Assembly: GCA_963803805.1 (NCBI GenBank)
Contig: CAWDOD010000007.1
Span: 174,328-238,327 of the forward strand
Origin: an uncultured cyanobacterium
GTDB lineage: Bacteria > Cyanobacteriota > Cyanobacteriia > Cyanobacteriales > CAWCAG01
Length of the DNA stretch: 64,000 nt
Direction: 5' to 3'
Shown: one piece after another, positions 48,654 through 57,965 of the stretch
Position numbering within the stretch: position 1 is the stretch's first letter
Layout: every line of letters starts with the position of its first letter
The notes under the pieces: model-generated
The model's input: only the letters and a program-made list of their open reading frames with translations
The model's database searches: none
What the model was told of the DNA's origin: nothing
Translations under genes and position numbers: made by a program

Positions 48654-49319
48654 ATGTGTTGGTTCCAATCATCTTATCCCCACTCCACTCCCCAGTTGCA
48701 ACAATTGATGCAGCAAGTAGGCATTTCTAGTTATGAAGAACTTAGGAAAAAATCGGGAGTTGGAGAAAGGCAAATTATCCGCTTGCGTTATGGATTAGTA
48801 TTACAAACAAAGGCAGAAACTCTGGTCAAGTTAGCACAAACTTTACAAATATCTGTAGACGAATTAATTAAAGTTTTGTCCTCAAAACCTGTGGCGCAAG
48901 CATCAGCAATATCTCCAGGGACAAGGCAATTAAAACAGGAATATCAGCGTTTGCAAAAGCAAATGGCAAACCAAAAAGAAAGTTTGCAACAAGAGTTTCA
49001 ACAACAGAGTCTGCAAACCCTAGAATCTTGGATGATTCAATGGCCTACTGCTGCTGCGGCTGTGGAGAATAATCCTGAGTTGCCAGCTACAAGATTGTTG
49101 CCTTTAATTAAACCAGTAAGCCAACTTTTGCAACATTGGGGAGTTAAGGCGATCGCTTCTGTTGGGGAAGAAGTATCCTACAACCCCCAACAGCATCAAC
49201 TAATGTCAGGAAAAGCCCAGGCAGGAGATACTGTTAAGGTGCGTTATATAGGCTATTCCTGGCAGAATAAGTTGCTTTATCGTGCTAAGGTAAGCCCTGT
49301 GGGAGAAGGGAGAAAGTAG
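48654..49319 (+). CDS. Cro/C1-type HTH + coiled coil + GrpE-like C-terminal domain protein
   Basis: EELRKKSGVGERQI..L...KLAQTLQISVDEL; C-terminal VGEEVSYNPQQHQ...VRYIGY...LYRAKV. Confidence 0.7.
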   Translation: MCWFQSSYPHSTPQLQQLMQQVGISSYEELRKKSGVGERQIIRLRYGLVLQTKAETLVKLAQTLQISVDELIKVLSSKPVAQASAISPGTRQLKQEYQRLQKQMANQKESLQQEFQQQSLQTLESWMIQWPTAAAAVENNPELPATRLLPLIKPVSQLLQHWGVKAIASVGEEVSYNPQQHQLMSGKAQAGDTVKVRYIGYSWQNKLLYRAKVSPVGEGRK

Positions 49320-49373
49320 TCAGTTAAAGAATATACTATTTCCTTACTCCTAATTCGGCTTCCCCCTTGCCCA

Positions 49374-50141
49374 CTAACGAAAATTGTCAGGATTTAAGGT
49401 ACGTCCAGGAGAAGAACTCTCGGAAGTAGAAGGGCGTAACATTGTACCTGTACCGCCATCCTTATAATCTAAGTAAGGTTTGAGGTTGATGCCTCTACTT
49501 CCTACATTGTTGTTACCCCCCAAGGTGGATAAATCTACCCCCAGGAGATCCCCTACAGGATTTAACCAATCGTTGTTACCATCTCCTGTATAGGTGTTCA
49601 CTCCTTGAGTTGACTGCCCGCTATCAGCAACGGTTAGATTCTCAAAAACTAAATCCCTTACTACTTCAGGATTTTTACCAGGAGGTACAGTTAACACAAT
49701 GCGACAATCTGGTTCAACTTCTGTAGTGACGCAAAGAACATTATAGTTGTTTTCTACCCCTGTGGTTAATTCTACCAAACCGTCAGGGCGATAGGATTCT
49801 AAACGGCTGGTAATTGCTTCGCAACGTTTTTGAGGACTCCAACCGCCTCCCATTTGAGAAGGAATAGCCCAAGCATAGGATTCCTCCGGTTGGCTTTCAG
49901 GATTGTACATAACCGTGTACTGACCTTCATAAACTTCGCAGGTAAAACGAACCCCAGTTGTATTGCTGCCCGATTCCGTTGTTTGAGGATCAGTGTCAAC
50001 AACCACATCGGGAGGGGCTTGAGTTAGAAGCAAATCTGCACTGGCGCTACTGCTTAAAAAAGCAATGCTACCAAGGGAAAAAGTAATGGTTTTTAAGCTA
50101 GAGAAGAATAGTTTTTGCGTTTTGGGGTGTGAGGGCAACAT
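49374..50141 (-). CDS. COP23 domain protein
   Basis: RFTCE, GGGWSPQKRCEAITSRLE, TGVENNYNVLCVT, VLTVPPG. Confidence 0.85.
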   Translation of the reverse strand: MLPSHPKTQKLFFSSLKTITFSLGSIAFLSSSASADLLLTQAPPDVVVDTDPQTTESGSNTTGVRFTCEVYEGQYTVMYNPESQPEESYAWAIPSQMGGGWSPQKRCEAITSRLESYRPDGLVELTTGVENNYNVLCVTTEVEPDCRIVLTVPPGKNPEVVRDLVFENLTVADSGQSTQGVNTYTGDGNNDWLNPVGDLLGVDLSTLGGNNNVGSRGINLKPYLDYKDGGTGTMLRPSTSESSSPGRTLNPDNFR

Positions 50142-50408
50142 GGGAACTATTTTTTTATAAAGATTAAATGACTATGATATTTGGCTTGAGTTACTTCAAG
50201 CCCTAAAATTTCCAAGACCTTTTTAATTTTGAATTGTTCCGCTCTTAGTTAGTTGATACGCTTATTCAGTAAATACAACAGATATTAGGCAAATAAAAGT
50301 AATACTATTCGGAGATTACTCTCCAAGAAAGAGTCTATCAATAGGTGTGAATTCTTAGCTTTTACAGAAGATTTAATTAAAAATAGGACAGTTACTTAAA
50401 CATTCAAA

Positions 50409-52160
50409 ATGCCTGAAATGAAAACTTTGACTGTCACCAATACAGCAGATAAAGGGAAAGGTTCTCTGCGAGAGACAATCAATAATGCGAAGTCAGGAGA
50501 TAGGATTATTTTCGCTTCTGGTTTGGCTAACAAAACAATTAACATTAGCAGGCTTAGGTTTGATATTGATAAGGATCTAACCATAGATGGAAACAATGCC
50601 CCCGGCTTAACTATTAGCGGTGGCAAAAAGAATCAAATATTTCATTTGAAGGGAAATAATCGAGAATTCAATCTACGTAACCTAACTTTAGCTGACGGCT
50701 TTGTGAAAAATGGTCCTGGGGCAGCTATATGGGCAGCTAATGCTCAAGCCAAAATAGAAGTAGAAAATGTCGTTTTCACCAATAACATTTCCCGTACAGG
50801 AAGTGCAATATGGGCTAAAGATGGGGCTGAGGTTACAGTAATTGGCAGTCAATTTGATGGCAACAAAGCGACTAAGACAGGTTCTGATGTTGCCGCAGGA
50901 GCGATCGCGGTTTTTGATCAAAGTGAACTTGTGGTTCAAGGTAGCAAGTTTACAAACAACCAAGGAGATGCTGGGGGGGCGATTAGTACTGTTTTTACAG
51001 AGGTAATTATTGAAGACTCTGAGTTTATCAACAACAAAAGTAGAAGATTCAGCGGTGCAGTTAATATTGATGGGGCGAGCATCCCTACGCGAGATCGCTA
51101 CAACCCAGCGAATCTAGTCGGAGATGGTCAACCAGGAGAAATAATCCTCAAAAATAACCTCTTTAAGAAGAACCAAGCTACAGATTCGGGTGGGGGCTTA
51201 ACAGTGTGGGGTTATGACCAGGATTCAGTATTGATTGATAACAATACTTTCATCGGCAACAAAGTAAGTAAGAATTCAAGAGGCGAAGCAAGGGGAGGAG
51301 GACTGCGGGTAGCAGGTTTTGCTACCATCAAAAACTCGACATTTACCAACAATGAATCAGAGCAAAATGGTGGTGGTTTATGGTATCAAGGAGAAGTTCC
51401 TATTAAGGTTATTAATAGTAACTTTTCTGAGAACAAAGCCAAAGAATTTGGTGGGGCAATTTATAACGGACAATGGGGTAGCGAAACGACTATCAAAGGT
51501 ACAGAATTCATCAAAAACTTAGCAGGAAAAGAAGCAGGAGCTATTTATACCGCGAAGAATCACCCTATTACCATCGAAGATTCTATTTTTGATGATAATG
51601 AAGCCAACAACATCGCTGCCACGAAAAACTCGAACTATGAAGTTGTCCGCAAAGCTAGCGACAAGTTTTTGCTAACAGAAGAAAATATTCTTTATCAAGG
51701 TGATCGCCGGGAAGATCAATTTACTGGAGGGGAGGGGGATGATCTTCTTCTAGGAAGCGGTGGCAATGATACCTTGATAGGACAAGGAGGTAATGATACC
51801 CTCCAAGGAGATAGCGGTAAAAATATTCTTGACGGTGGGGCAGGTAATGATCGCTTCATTGGTGGTACAGGACAAGATATCTTTATCGGCGGTTTAGGTG
51901 CTGACAAGTATATCCTTGGTGATCGTAGGGAGAGTTTTTACAATAAGACTCGTAACCAAGATCAAGCTATTATCCAAGATTTTGATGCTGATGAAGATAC
52001 CATCCAACTCAGGGGTAAGGCTTCTGATTATAGTTTAGGTTCTATTACTATAGGTAAGCACTCAGGTACAGGCATTTTCGGTAACAATCTCATTGCTTTA
52101 GTAGCAGATGTAGATCCCAAAGATTTTAACCTCAAAGCTGATTATGTTGATTATGTTTAA
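50409..52160 (+). CDS. RTX-type secreted protein with parallel beta-helix (POMP-like GGAI/FxxN repeats), copy 1
   Basis: TVTNTADKGKGSLRETI N-motif; GGAI / F..N repeats; GGxGxDxL nonapeptides; no signal peptide. Confidence 0.85.
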   Translation: MPEMKTLTVTNTADKGKGSLRETINNAKSGDRIIFASGLANKTINISRLRFDIDKDLTIDGNNAPGLTISGGKKNQIFHLKGNNREFNLRNLTLADGFVKNGPGAAIWAANAQAKIEVENVVFTNNISRTGSAIWAKDGAEVTVIGSQFDGNKATKTGSDVAAGAIAVFDQSELVVQGSKFTNNQGDAGGAISTVFTEVIIEDSEFINNKSRRFSGAVNIDGASIPTRDRYNPANLVGDGQPGEIILKNNLFKKNQATDSGGGLTVWGYDQDSVLIDNNTFIGNKVSKNSRGEARGGGLRVAGFATIKNSTFTNNESEQNGGGLWYQGEVPIKVINSNFSENKAKEFGGAIYNGQWGSETTIKGTEFIKNLAGKEAGAIYTAKNHPITIEDSIFDDNEANNIAATKNSNYEVVRKASDKFLLTEENILYQGDRREDQFTGGEGDDLLLGSGGNDTLIGQGGNDTLQGDSGKNILDGGAGNDRFIGGTGQDIFIGGLGADKYILGDRRESFYNKTRNQDQAIIQDFDADEDTIQLRGKASDYSLGSITIGKHSGTGIFGNNLIALVADVDPKDFNLKADYVDYV

Positions 52161-52218
52161 GACTAGAGAATGAAGTGATCGCCTCAGTCTTAAAGAATAA
52201 GCAATATTTTTATAACAG

Positions 52219-52252
52219 GTCAGTGAAGAGTCTTTTCTTTCACTGACTTTTT
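52219..52252 (+). terminator. Probable intrinsic terminator after RTX gene copy 1
   Basis: 9-bp stem GTCAGTGAA / TTCACTGAC followed by TTTTT. Confidence 0.65.
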
Positions 52253-52435
52253 CTTGCTTCTTACTTTTCATATCTCTAGCGAAATCGTATAAACACGATG
52301 CTTTGTAGAATTATCTCCTCATGCAAAATCAATTTACTAAGTATAATTTTTTACTTTCTTAAACAAAAATAAATTGTTAATGTTATAAATACTCACTAAT
52401 ATGTAACAATTACTTAAATTATTTAAGATACCTAT

Positions 52436-54178
52436 ATGCAAACTTGGACTGTCACTAATACAGCAGATAAAGGGAAAGGTTCTCTGCGAGAGACAATTGC
52501 TCAGGCTAAATCAGGAGATAGGATTATTTTTGCTTCTAGTTTAGCCAAGAAAAAGATTGTCCTTGGTAAACGCAGGTTTAATATTGATAAGGATCTAACC
52601 ATAGATGGAAACAATGCCCCCGGCTTAACTATTAGCGGTGGCAAAAAGAATCAAATATTTCATTTGAAGGGAAATAATCGAGAATTCAATCTACGTAACC
52701 TAACTTTAGCTGACGGCTTTGTGAAAAATGGTCCTGGGGCAGCTATATGGGCAGCTAATGCTCAAGCCAAAATAGAAGTAGAAAATGTCGTTTTCACCAA
52801 TAACATTTCCCGTACAGGAAGTGCAATATGGGCTAAAGATGGGGCTGAGGTTACAGTGATTGGCAGTCAATTTGATGGCAACAAAGCGACTAAGACAGGT
52901 TCTGATGTTGCCGCAGGAGCGATCGCGGTTTTTGATCAAAGTGAACTTGTGGTTAGAGGCAGCAAATTTACCAGAAACCAAGGAGATGCCGGGGGGGCAA
53001 TTAGTACTGTTTTTACAGAGGTAATTATTAAAGACTCTGAGTTTATCAACAACAAAAGTAGAAGATTCAGCGGTGCAGTTAATATTGATGGGGCGAGCAT
53101 CCCTACGCGAGATCGCTACAACCCAGCGAATCTAGTCGGAGATGGTCAACCAGGAGAAATAATCCTCAAAAATAACCTCTTTAAGAAGAACCAAGCTACA
53201 GATTCGGGTGGGGGCTTAACAGTGTGGGGTTATGACCAGGATTCAGTATTGATTGATAACAATACTTTCATCGGCAACAAAGTAAGTAAGAATTCAAGAG
53301 GCGAAGCAAGGGGAGGAGGACTGCGGGTAGCAGGTTTTGCTACCATCAAAAACTCGACATTTACCAACAATGAATCAGAGCAAAATGGTGGTGGTTTATG
53401 GTATCAAGGAGAAGTTCCTATTAAGGTTATTAATAGTAACTTTTCTGAGAACAAAGCCAAAGAATTTGGTGGGGCAATTTATAACGGACAATGGGGTAGC
53501 GAAACGACTATCAAAGGTACAGAATTCATCAAAAACTTAGCAGGAAAAGAAGCAGGAGCTATTTATACCGCGAAGAATCACCCTATTACCATCGAAGATT
53601 CTATTTTTGAGAATAATAGAGCGAAACAAATAGCAGCCACGAAAAACTCGAACTATGAAGTTGTCCGCAAAGCTAGCGACAAGTTTTTGCTAACAGAAGA
53701 AAATATTCTTTACCAAGGTAATGGTAGAGACAACAAAATTACTGGTGGTAAAGGCGATGATCGCCTAGAAGGACGTGGCGGAAATGATATTTTAATAGGG
53801 GGGGCCGGTAATGACATCCTCCAAGGAGATAGCGGTAAAAATATTCTTGACGGTGGGGCAGGTAATGATCGCTTCATTGGTGGTACAGGACAAGATATCT
53901 TTATCGGCGGTTTAGGTGCTGACAGGTACATCCTGGGCGATAGTCGAGGCAGTTTTTACAATAAGACCCGTAATCAAGGTCAAGCTGTTATCAAAGATTT
54001 TAATACTGATGAAGATACTATCCAACTTAGTGGCAAACCTTCTGACTACAGGTTAGGTTCTATTACTGTAGGTAAGCACTCAGGTACAGGCATTTTCGAC
54101 AATAATCTCATTGCTGTGATAGCAGATGTCAAACTCAAGGAATTTAGCCTTAAAGCCGACTATATAGATTACATCTAA
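52436..54178 (+). CDS. RTX-type secreted beta-helix protein, copy 2
   Basis: Near-identical to 50409-52160 at a 2018-bp offset over the central region. Confidence 0.85.
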   Translation: MQTWTVTNTADKGKGSLRETIAQAKSGDRIIFASSLAKKKIVLGKRRFNIDKDLTIDGNNAPGLTISGGKKNQIFHLKGNNREFNLRNLTLADGFVKNGPGAAIWAANAQAKIEVENVVFTNNISRTGSAIWAKDGAEVTVIGSQFDGNKATKTGSDVAAGAIAVFDQSELVVRGSKFTRNQGDAGGAISTVFTEVIIKDSEFINNKSRRFSGAVNIDGASIPTRDRYNPANLVGDGQPGEIILKNNLFKKNQATDSGGGLTVWGYDQDSVLIDNNTFIGNKVSKNSRGEARGGGLRVAGFATIKNSTFTNNESEQNGGGLWYQGEVPIKVINSNFSENKAKEFGGAIYNGQWGSETTIKGTEFIKNLAGKEAGAIYTAKNHPITIEDSIFENNRAKQIAATKNSNYEVVRKASDKFLLTEENILYQGNGRDNKITGGKGDDRLEGRGGNDILIGGAGNDILQGDSGKNILDGGAGNDRFIGGTGQDIFIGGLGADRYILGDSRGSFYNKTRNQGQAVIKDFNTDEDTIQLSGKPSDYRLGSITVGKHSGTGIFDNNLIAVIADVKLKEFSLKADYIDYI

Positions 54179-54197
54179 ATTCGTTATTATCTTATCA

Positions 54198-54857
54198 ATG
54201 ACAAAAGTATTGCAACTTGGTCAACAACAAATACCCTTAGAACAACTTCCTTTTTTATTAGATAAGTATGAGCTTCTGCCTGCCTTGGCAGAAGAGATGA
54301 TTATAGATCAGGCGATCGCTTCAATAGATTTAACACCAGAGGAACAGCCCCAGGGGGTAAGAGAGGAACGGGGAGGCTTACGTAGAGCGAAAATTCATAA
54401 GTTTAAACAGCTTACCTGGGGACATGAACTTAAATCTCATTTCCTAAAATACAGAAGAAAGCTAGATCGGGCAACCTACTATCTTCTACGTCATCGCGAG
54501 GAGAAGATTATTCAAGAACTCTATTTTCGCCTCCAAGAAAAAGAGCAATCTTTTGCAGAACTAGCGAGGGAATACTCTCAAGGCAGTGAAGCAAAAAGGG
54601 GGGGTTTGGTTAATGGGGTGCAGTTGAGTACATTGCACCCTACTTTAGCTGCAATGCTATCAAGTAGCGAACCAGGAGAAATTTTACCAGTGACGAAGTT
54701 AGATGATTGGTACATTATTGTTAGCTTGCAAGAGTTTATTCCTGCCCAATTTAATGAAACCCTGCAACAGCAATTACTAGAGCAACTTTTTCAAGAGTGG
54801 CTAGAATTTCAGTTGTCGCTTATTAATGTAAGAAATCTTATTTCTGTTGATGCCTGA
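54198..54857 (+). CDS. PpiC/parvulin-type peptidyl-prolyl isomerase associated with T1SS
   Basis: ELYFRLQEKEQSFAELAREYSQGSEAKRGG...LHP.LA..L...PGEI. Confidence 0.85.
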   Translation: MTKVLQLGQQQIPLEQLPFLLDKYELLPALAEEMIIDQAIASIDLTPEEQPQGVREERGGLRRAKIHKFKQLTWGHELKSHFLKYRRKLDRATYYLLRHREEKIIQELYFRLQEKEQSFAELAREYSQGSEAKRGGLVNGVQLSTLHPTLAAMLSSSEPGEILPVTKLDDWYIIVSLQEFIPAQFNETLQQQLLEQLFQEWLEFQLSLINVRNLISVDA

Positions 54858-54928
54858 CTATTGCTTTTTCATTTTTGACTCTCTAAAAAATGGCAGACTA
54901 TTAAATTAATTAAAATAAGCTGTAGTTC

Positions 54929-54956
54929 TTACCTATTACCTATTACCTGTTACCTA
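54929..54956. repeat. STRR-type heptamer array (TTACCTA x4, one variant)
   Basis: TTACCTA TTACCTA TTACCTG TTACCTA. Confidence 0.8.
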
Positions 54957-54997
54957 TTAGATCACCTATGGGGGTGATCTAATATACCTGATAGCTT

Positions 54998-57913
54998 ATG
55001 ACAATGCTCCAATTCTTAGCTCAGGTTTATCCTCTCAATCTGTTGACTCGTAAGGAATTAGAGGAGGTTGCAGCCCAATTGCAACCCCATCGTTATTCTA
55101 TGGGTAGGGAGATCCTTAAAGGAGAAATGCTGCCCCGCCATGTGGGTATCCTCCATCAAGGACAAGCTCGTTTAGTGGCTGATGAACCCTATAGCGATCG
55201 CCGGGTTACTTTGAAGTTGTTGCAACCTGGGGCTATGGTTGGGGCTGTGAGTTGGTTGCGTCAAGTTCCTTGTGAGATTGTTACGGCTAGGGATGAGTGC
55301 ATTCTTTTGACTTTAACTCAAGAAGAATTTGCTCGTTGCTTAGATATTTATCCTCAACTTAAAAAAGCTTTTGCACAACAAATTACTTTCCTAGAAATCT
55401 TTACTGTTTTAAAGTTGGCAGTGGAGAAACAACCCTATGAGATCGAGGATTTCCGTGGATTAGTTTCTCAAGTACTTCCTGCAGCAACCTTAGCTTGCTT
55501 ACCATTTGGAACAAATGCAACAGAGAACCTAGATAGGGAAAGGATTTGGTTAGTTAGTAGTGGCAAAGTTGTTGGTTTTTCCATTGGTACTTGTTTGGAT
55601 CTGGAGCAAAAATATGTGGAGGTTGAGGGGAACGAAGCCAGATTAATCGGTTTGCCGAGAACTCAATGGCAATCATTATTTAATAGGGTTACTTCTTCTG
55701 TCCCGGAGTTTTTAAAAACAGAAATCACCGATAGTCCAGGATTAGAAGGGCCAATTTCTTTAGATTTTGCCCCAGTAAAATACCCTTTAGTTCGAGGTAG
55801 AGGCTGTGTAAATTCTACCTTAGCTTGTTTGGAGATGGTTAGTAAGTATATGGGTATGCCCTTTCGTAAAGCTTCCTTGCAGCGCATTTTAATAGAACAA
55901 ATGGCTCGCAGCGGGAAAATATCTCTGTTGCAATTAGGGGCGATCGCAGAATTAATGGGGTTAAAGGGGCAGGTAGTTAAATTTAAAGGTGAAGCTATTG
56001 CCCGTCTTCCTACTCCAGCTTTGATTCCTTGGCAAGATAGTTTAGTTCTACTTTATGAAAGTGATCCTCGTATCTTAATTTTAGCAAGTCCAGAGTTTGG
56101 GTTGCGTCACTACAAAGTGGCCCAATTTCTTGATCTTTGGGGAGATGAAGGTGAAGCGTTACTTCTGGAAGCAACGAAGGAAACTCCTCAAAAAAAGTTT
56201 GGCTTTAGTTGGTTTGTCCCTTCTTTATTACGCTATAGAGGAGTGCTTTTAGAAGTCTTTTTAGCCTCTTTCTTTGTGCAGCTATTTGCTTTAGCCAATC
56301 CTCTACTTATTCAAAATATTATCGATAAAGTTATTGTTCAAAATAACCTAGGTGCGTTGCAAGCATTAGGATTTCTCCTCTTAATTATGGCGGTTTTTGA
56401 GTCTGTCTTGACTAGCTTACGTACTTACTTATTTGCAGATACAACTAATCGAATAGATTTAAGTTTAGGTACAGAAATCATCAACCATCTCTTACGCTTA
56501 CCCTTAAGCTATTTTGAAAAGCGTTCTGTCGGGGAATTATCTAGTCGTGTTAATGAGTTAGAAAATATTCGTTCTTTTTTAACAGGAACAGCTTTAACTA
56601 TAGTTTTGGATGCAGTTTTTTCTCTTATTTATATTGGGGTGATGCTGCTATATAATCCCCTCCTCACCTTAGTTGCTTTGGGAACAGTACCTTTATTCAT
56701 TGGTCTTACTTTAATTGCTTCCCCTTTAATCCAAAAACAGTTAAGACTCAAAGCAGAACAAAATGCTAAAACTCAATCTTATTTGGTGCAGGTTTTAAAC
56801 GGTATCCACACCGTTAAGGCCCAGAATTTAGAAAGACATTCCCGTAATGTTTGGCAACAACGCTATGGTCATTATGTAGTTGATAGTTTCCAAACTGTAA
56901 TTACTGGTACTTTAGCAAGTTCTGCTAGCAATTTCTTGAATAAAGTTTCCCAGCTATTAGTAATTTGGGTAGGAGCCTATTTAGTAGTAACAGGAAAGTT
57001 GAGCTTAGGAGAATTAATTGCTTTTCGGATTATTTCTGGTTATGTAACTTCTCCTTTAATGCGCCTCGCACAAATTTGGCAAAACTTCCAAGAAACTGCT
57101 CTTTCTTTAGAAAGACTGAGGGATATTTTAAATCGCCCCCAAGAACAAAATCCTGAAGAGAGAAACAATATTCCTCTACCTTTAATTAAAGGGAAGGTTC
57201 AGTATAAAAATGTTTCTTTCCAGTTTTCAAATAGTAAACAACTACAACTAGATAAAATTAATTTACAAGTTTCCCCAGGAACTTTTGTAGCTATTGTTGG
57301 TCAAAGCGGTTCTGGAAAAAGCACTTTAACCAAGTTGTTAGTGAGATTTTATCATCCTAACCAAGGGAAAATTTTAATTGATAACTACGACATTGCAAAG
57401 ATAGAACTTTATTCTCTACGCCGTCAAATGGGGGTAGTTCCTCAAGATAGTTTGTTATTTGAAGGTACTGTACAAGAAAATATTGCTCTAACCAATCCCG
57501 AAGCTACCATTGAAGAAATTATTGCTGCGGCTCAAGTTGCCGTTGCCCATGACTTTATTATGAATTTGCCCAATGGTTACAACACCAATGTTGGCGAAAG
57601 GGGTTCTACTCTTTCCGGAGGGCAGAGACAACGCATTGCCATCGCTCGTACGATACTACAAAACCCCCGAATGCTTATCCTTGATGAAGCTACTAGCGCC
57701 CTAGATTATGCCACTGAACAACAAGTCTGTTTAAATTTAGCTCAAACAGCAGGTGATCGTACAGTATTTTTTATTACCCATCGTCTCAATACAATTAAGA
57801 ATGCAGACTTAATTTTAGTAATGGATAATGGTCAAATTATTGAACAAGGAAACCATCAAGAATTAATGGCTTTGAAAGGCAATTATTACTGTCTTTACAG
57901 CGAAAAAATTTAA
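54998..57913 (+). CDS. Type I secretion ABC transporter (HlyB-like): cNMP-binding + C39-like + TM + ABC domains
   Basis: cNMP-like N-terminus; ACLEM C39-like segment; GQSGSGKS, LSGGQRQR, ILDEATSALD. Confidence 0.93.
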   Translation: MTMLQFLAQVYPLNLLTRKELEEVAAQLQPHRYSMGREILKGEMLPRHVGILHQGQARLVADEPYSDRRVTLKLLQPGAMVGAVSWLRQVPCEIVTARDECILLTLTQEEFARCLDIYPQLKKAFAQQITFLEIFTVLKLAVEKQPYEIEDFRGLVSQVLPAATLACLPFGTNATENLDRERIWLVSSGKVVGFSIGTCLDLEQKYVEVEGNEARLIGLPRTQWQSLFNRVTSSVPEFLKTEITDSPGLEGPISLDFAPVKYPLVRGRGCVNSTLACLEMVSKYMGMPFRKASLQRILIEQMARSGKISLLQLGAIAELMGLKGQVVKFKGEAIARLPTPALIPWQDSLVLLYESDPRILILASPEFGLRHYKVAQFLDLWGDEGEALLLEATKETPQKKFGFSWFVPSLLRYRGVLLEVFLASFFVQLFALANPLLIQNIIDKVIVQNNLGALQALGFLLLIMAVFESVLTSLRTYLFADTTNRIDLSLGTEIINHLLRLPLSYFEKRSVGELSSRVNELENIRSFLTGTALTIVLDAVFSLIYIGVMLLYNPLLTLVALGTVPLFIGLTLIASPLIQKQLRLKAEQNAKTQSYLVQVLNGIHTVKAQNLERHSRNVWQQRYGHYVVDSFQTVITGTLASSASNFLNKVSQLLVIWVGAYLVVTGKLSLGELIAFRIISGYVTSPLMRLAQIWQNFQETALSLERLRDILNRPQEQNPEERNNIPLPLIKGKVQYKNVSFQFSNSKQLQLDKINLQVSPGTFVAIVGQSGSGKSTLTKLLVRFYHPNQGKILIDNYDIAKIELYSLRRQMGVVPQDSLLFEGTVQENIALTNPEATIEEIIAAAQVAVAHDFIMNLPNGYNTNVGERGSTLSGGQRQRIAIARTILQNPRMLILDEATSALDYATEQQVCLNLAQTAGDRTVFFITHRLNTIKNADLILVMDNGQIIEQGNHQELMALKGNYYCLYSEKI

Positions 57914-57965
57914 TTGTAAAATTCAGAACTAAAAATTACCACCTATTACCTATTGCTTGAAAATA

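Noticed and set aside
50183-50202. 7-bp hairpin GGCTTGA/TCAAGCC between divergent COP23 and RTX genes
   Set aside because: No U-tract and no second copy; cannot be assigned as terminator or operator.
50409-54178. Diversity-generating retroelement (TR/VR pair)
   Set aside because: Differences between the copies are not adenine-specific, both copies are full genes, and no reverse transcriptase gene is present.
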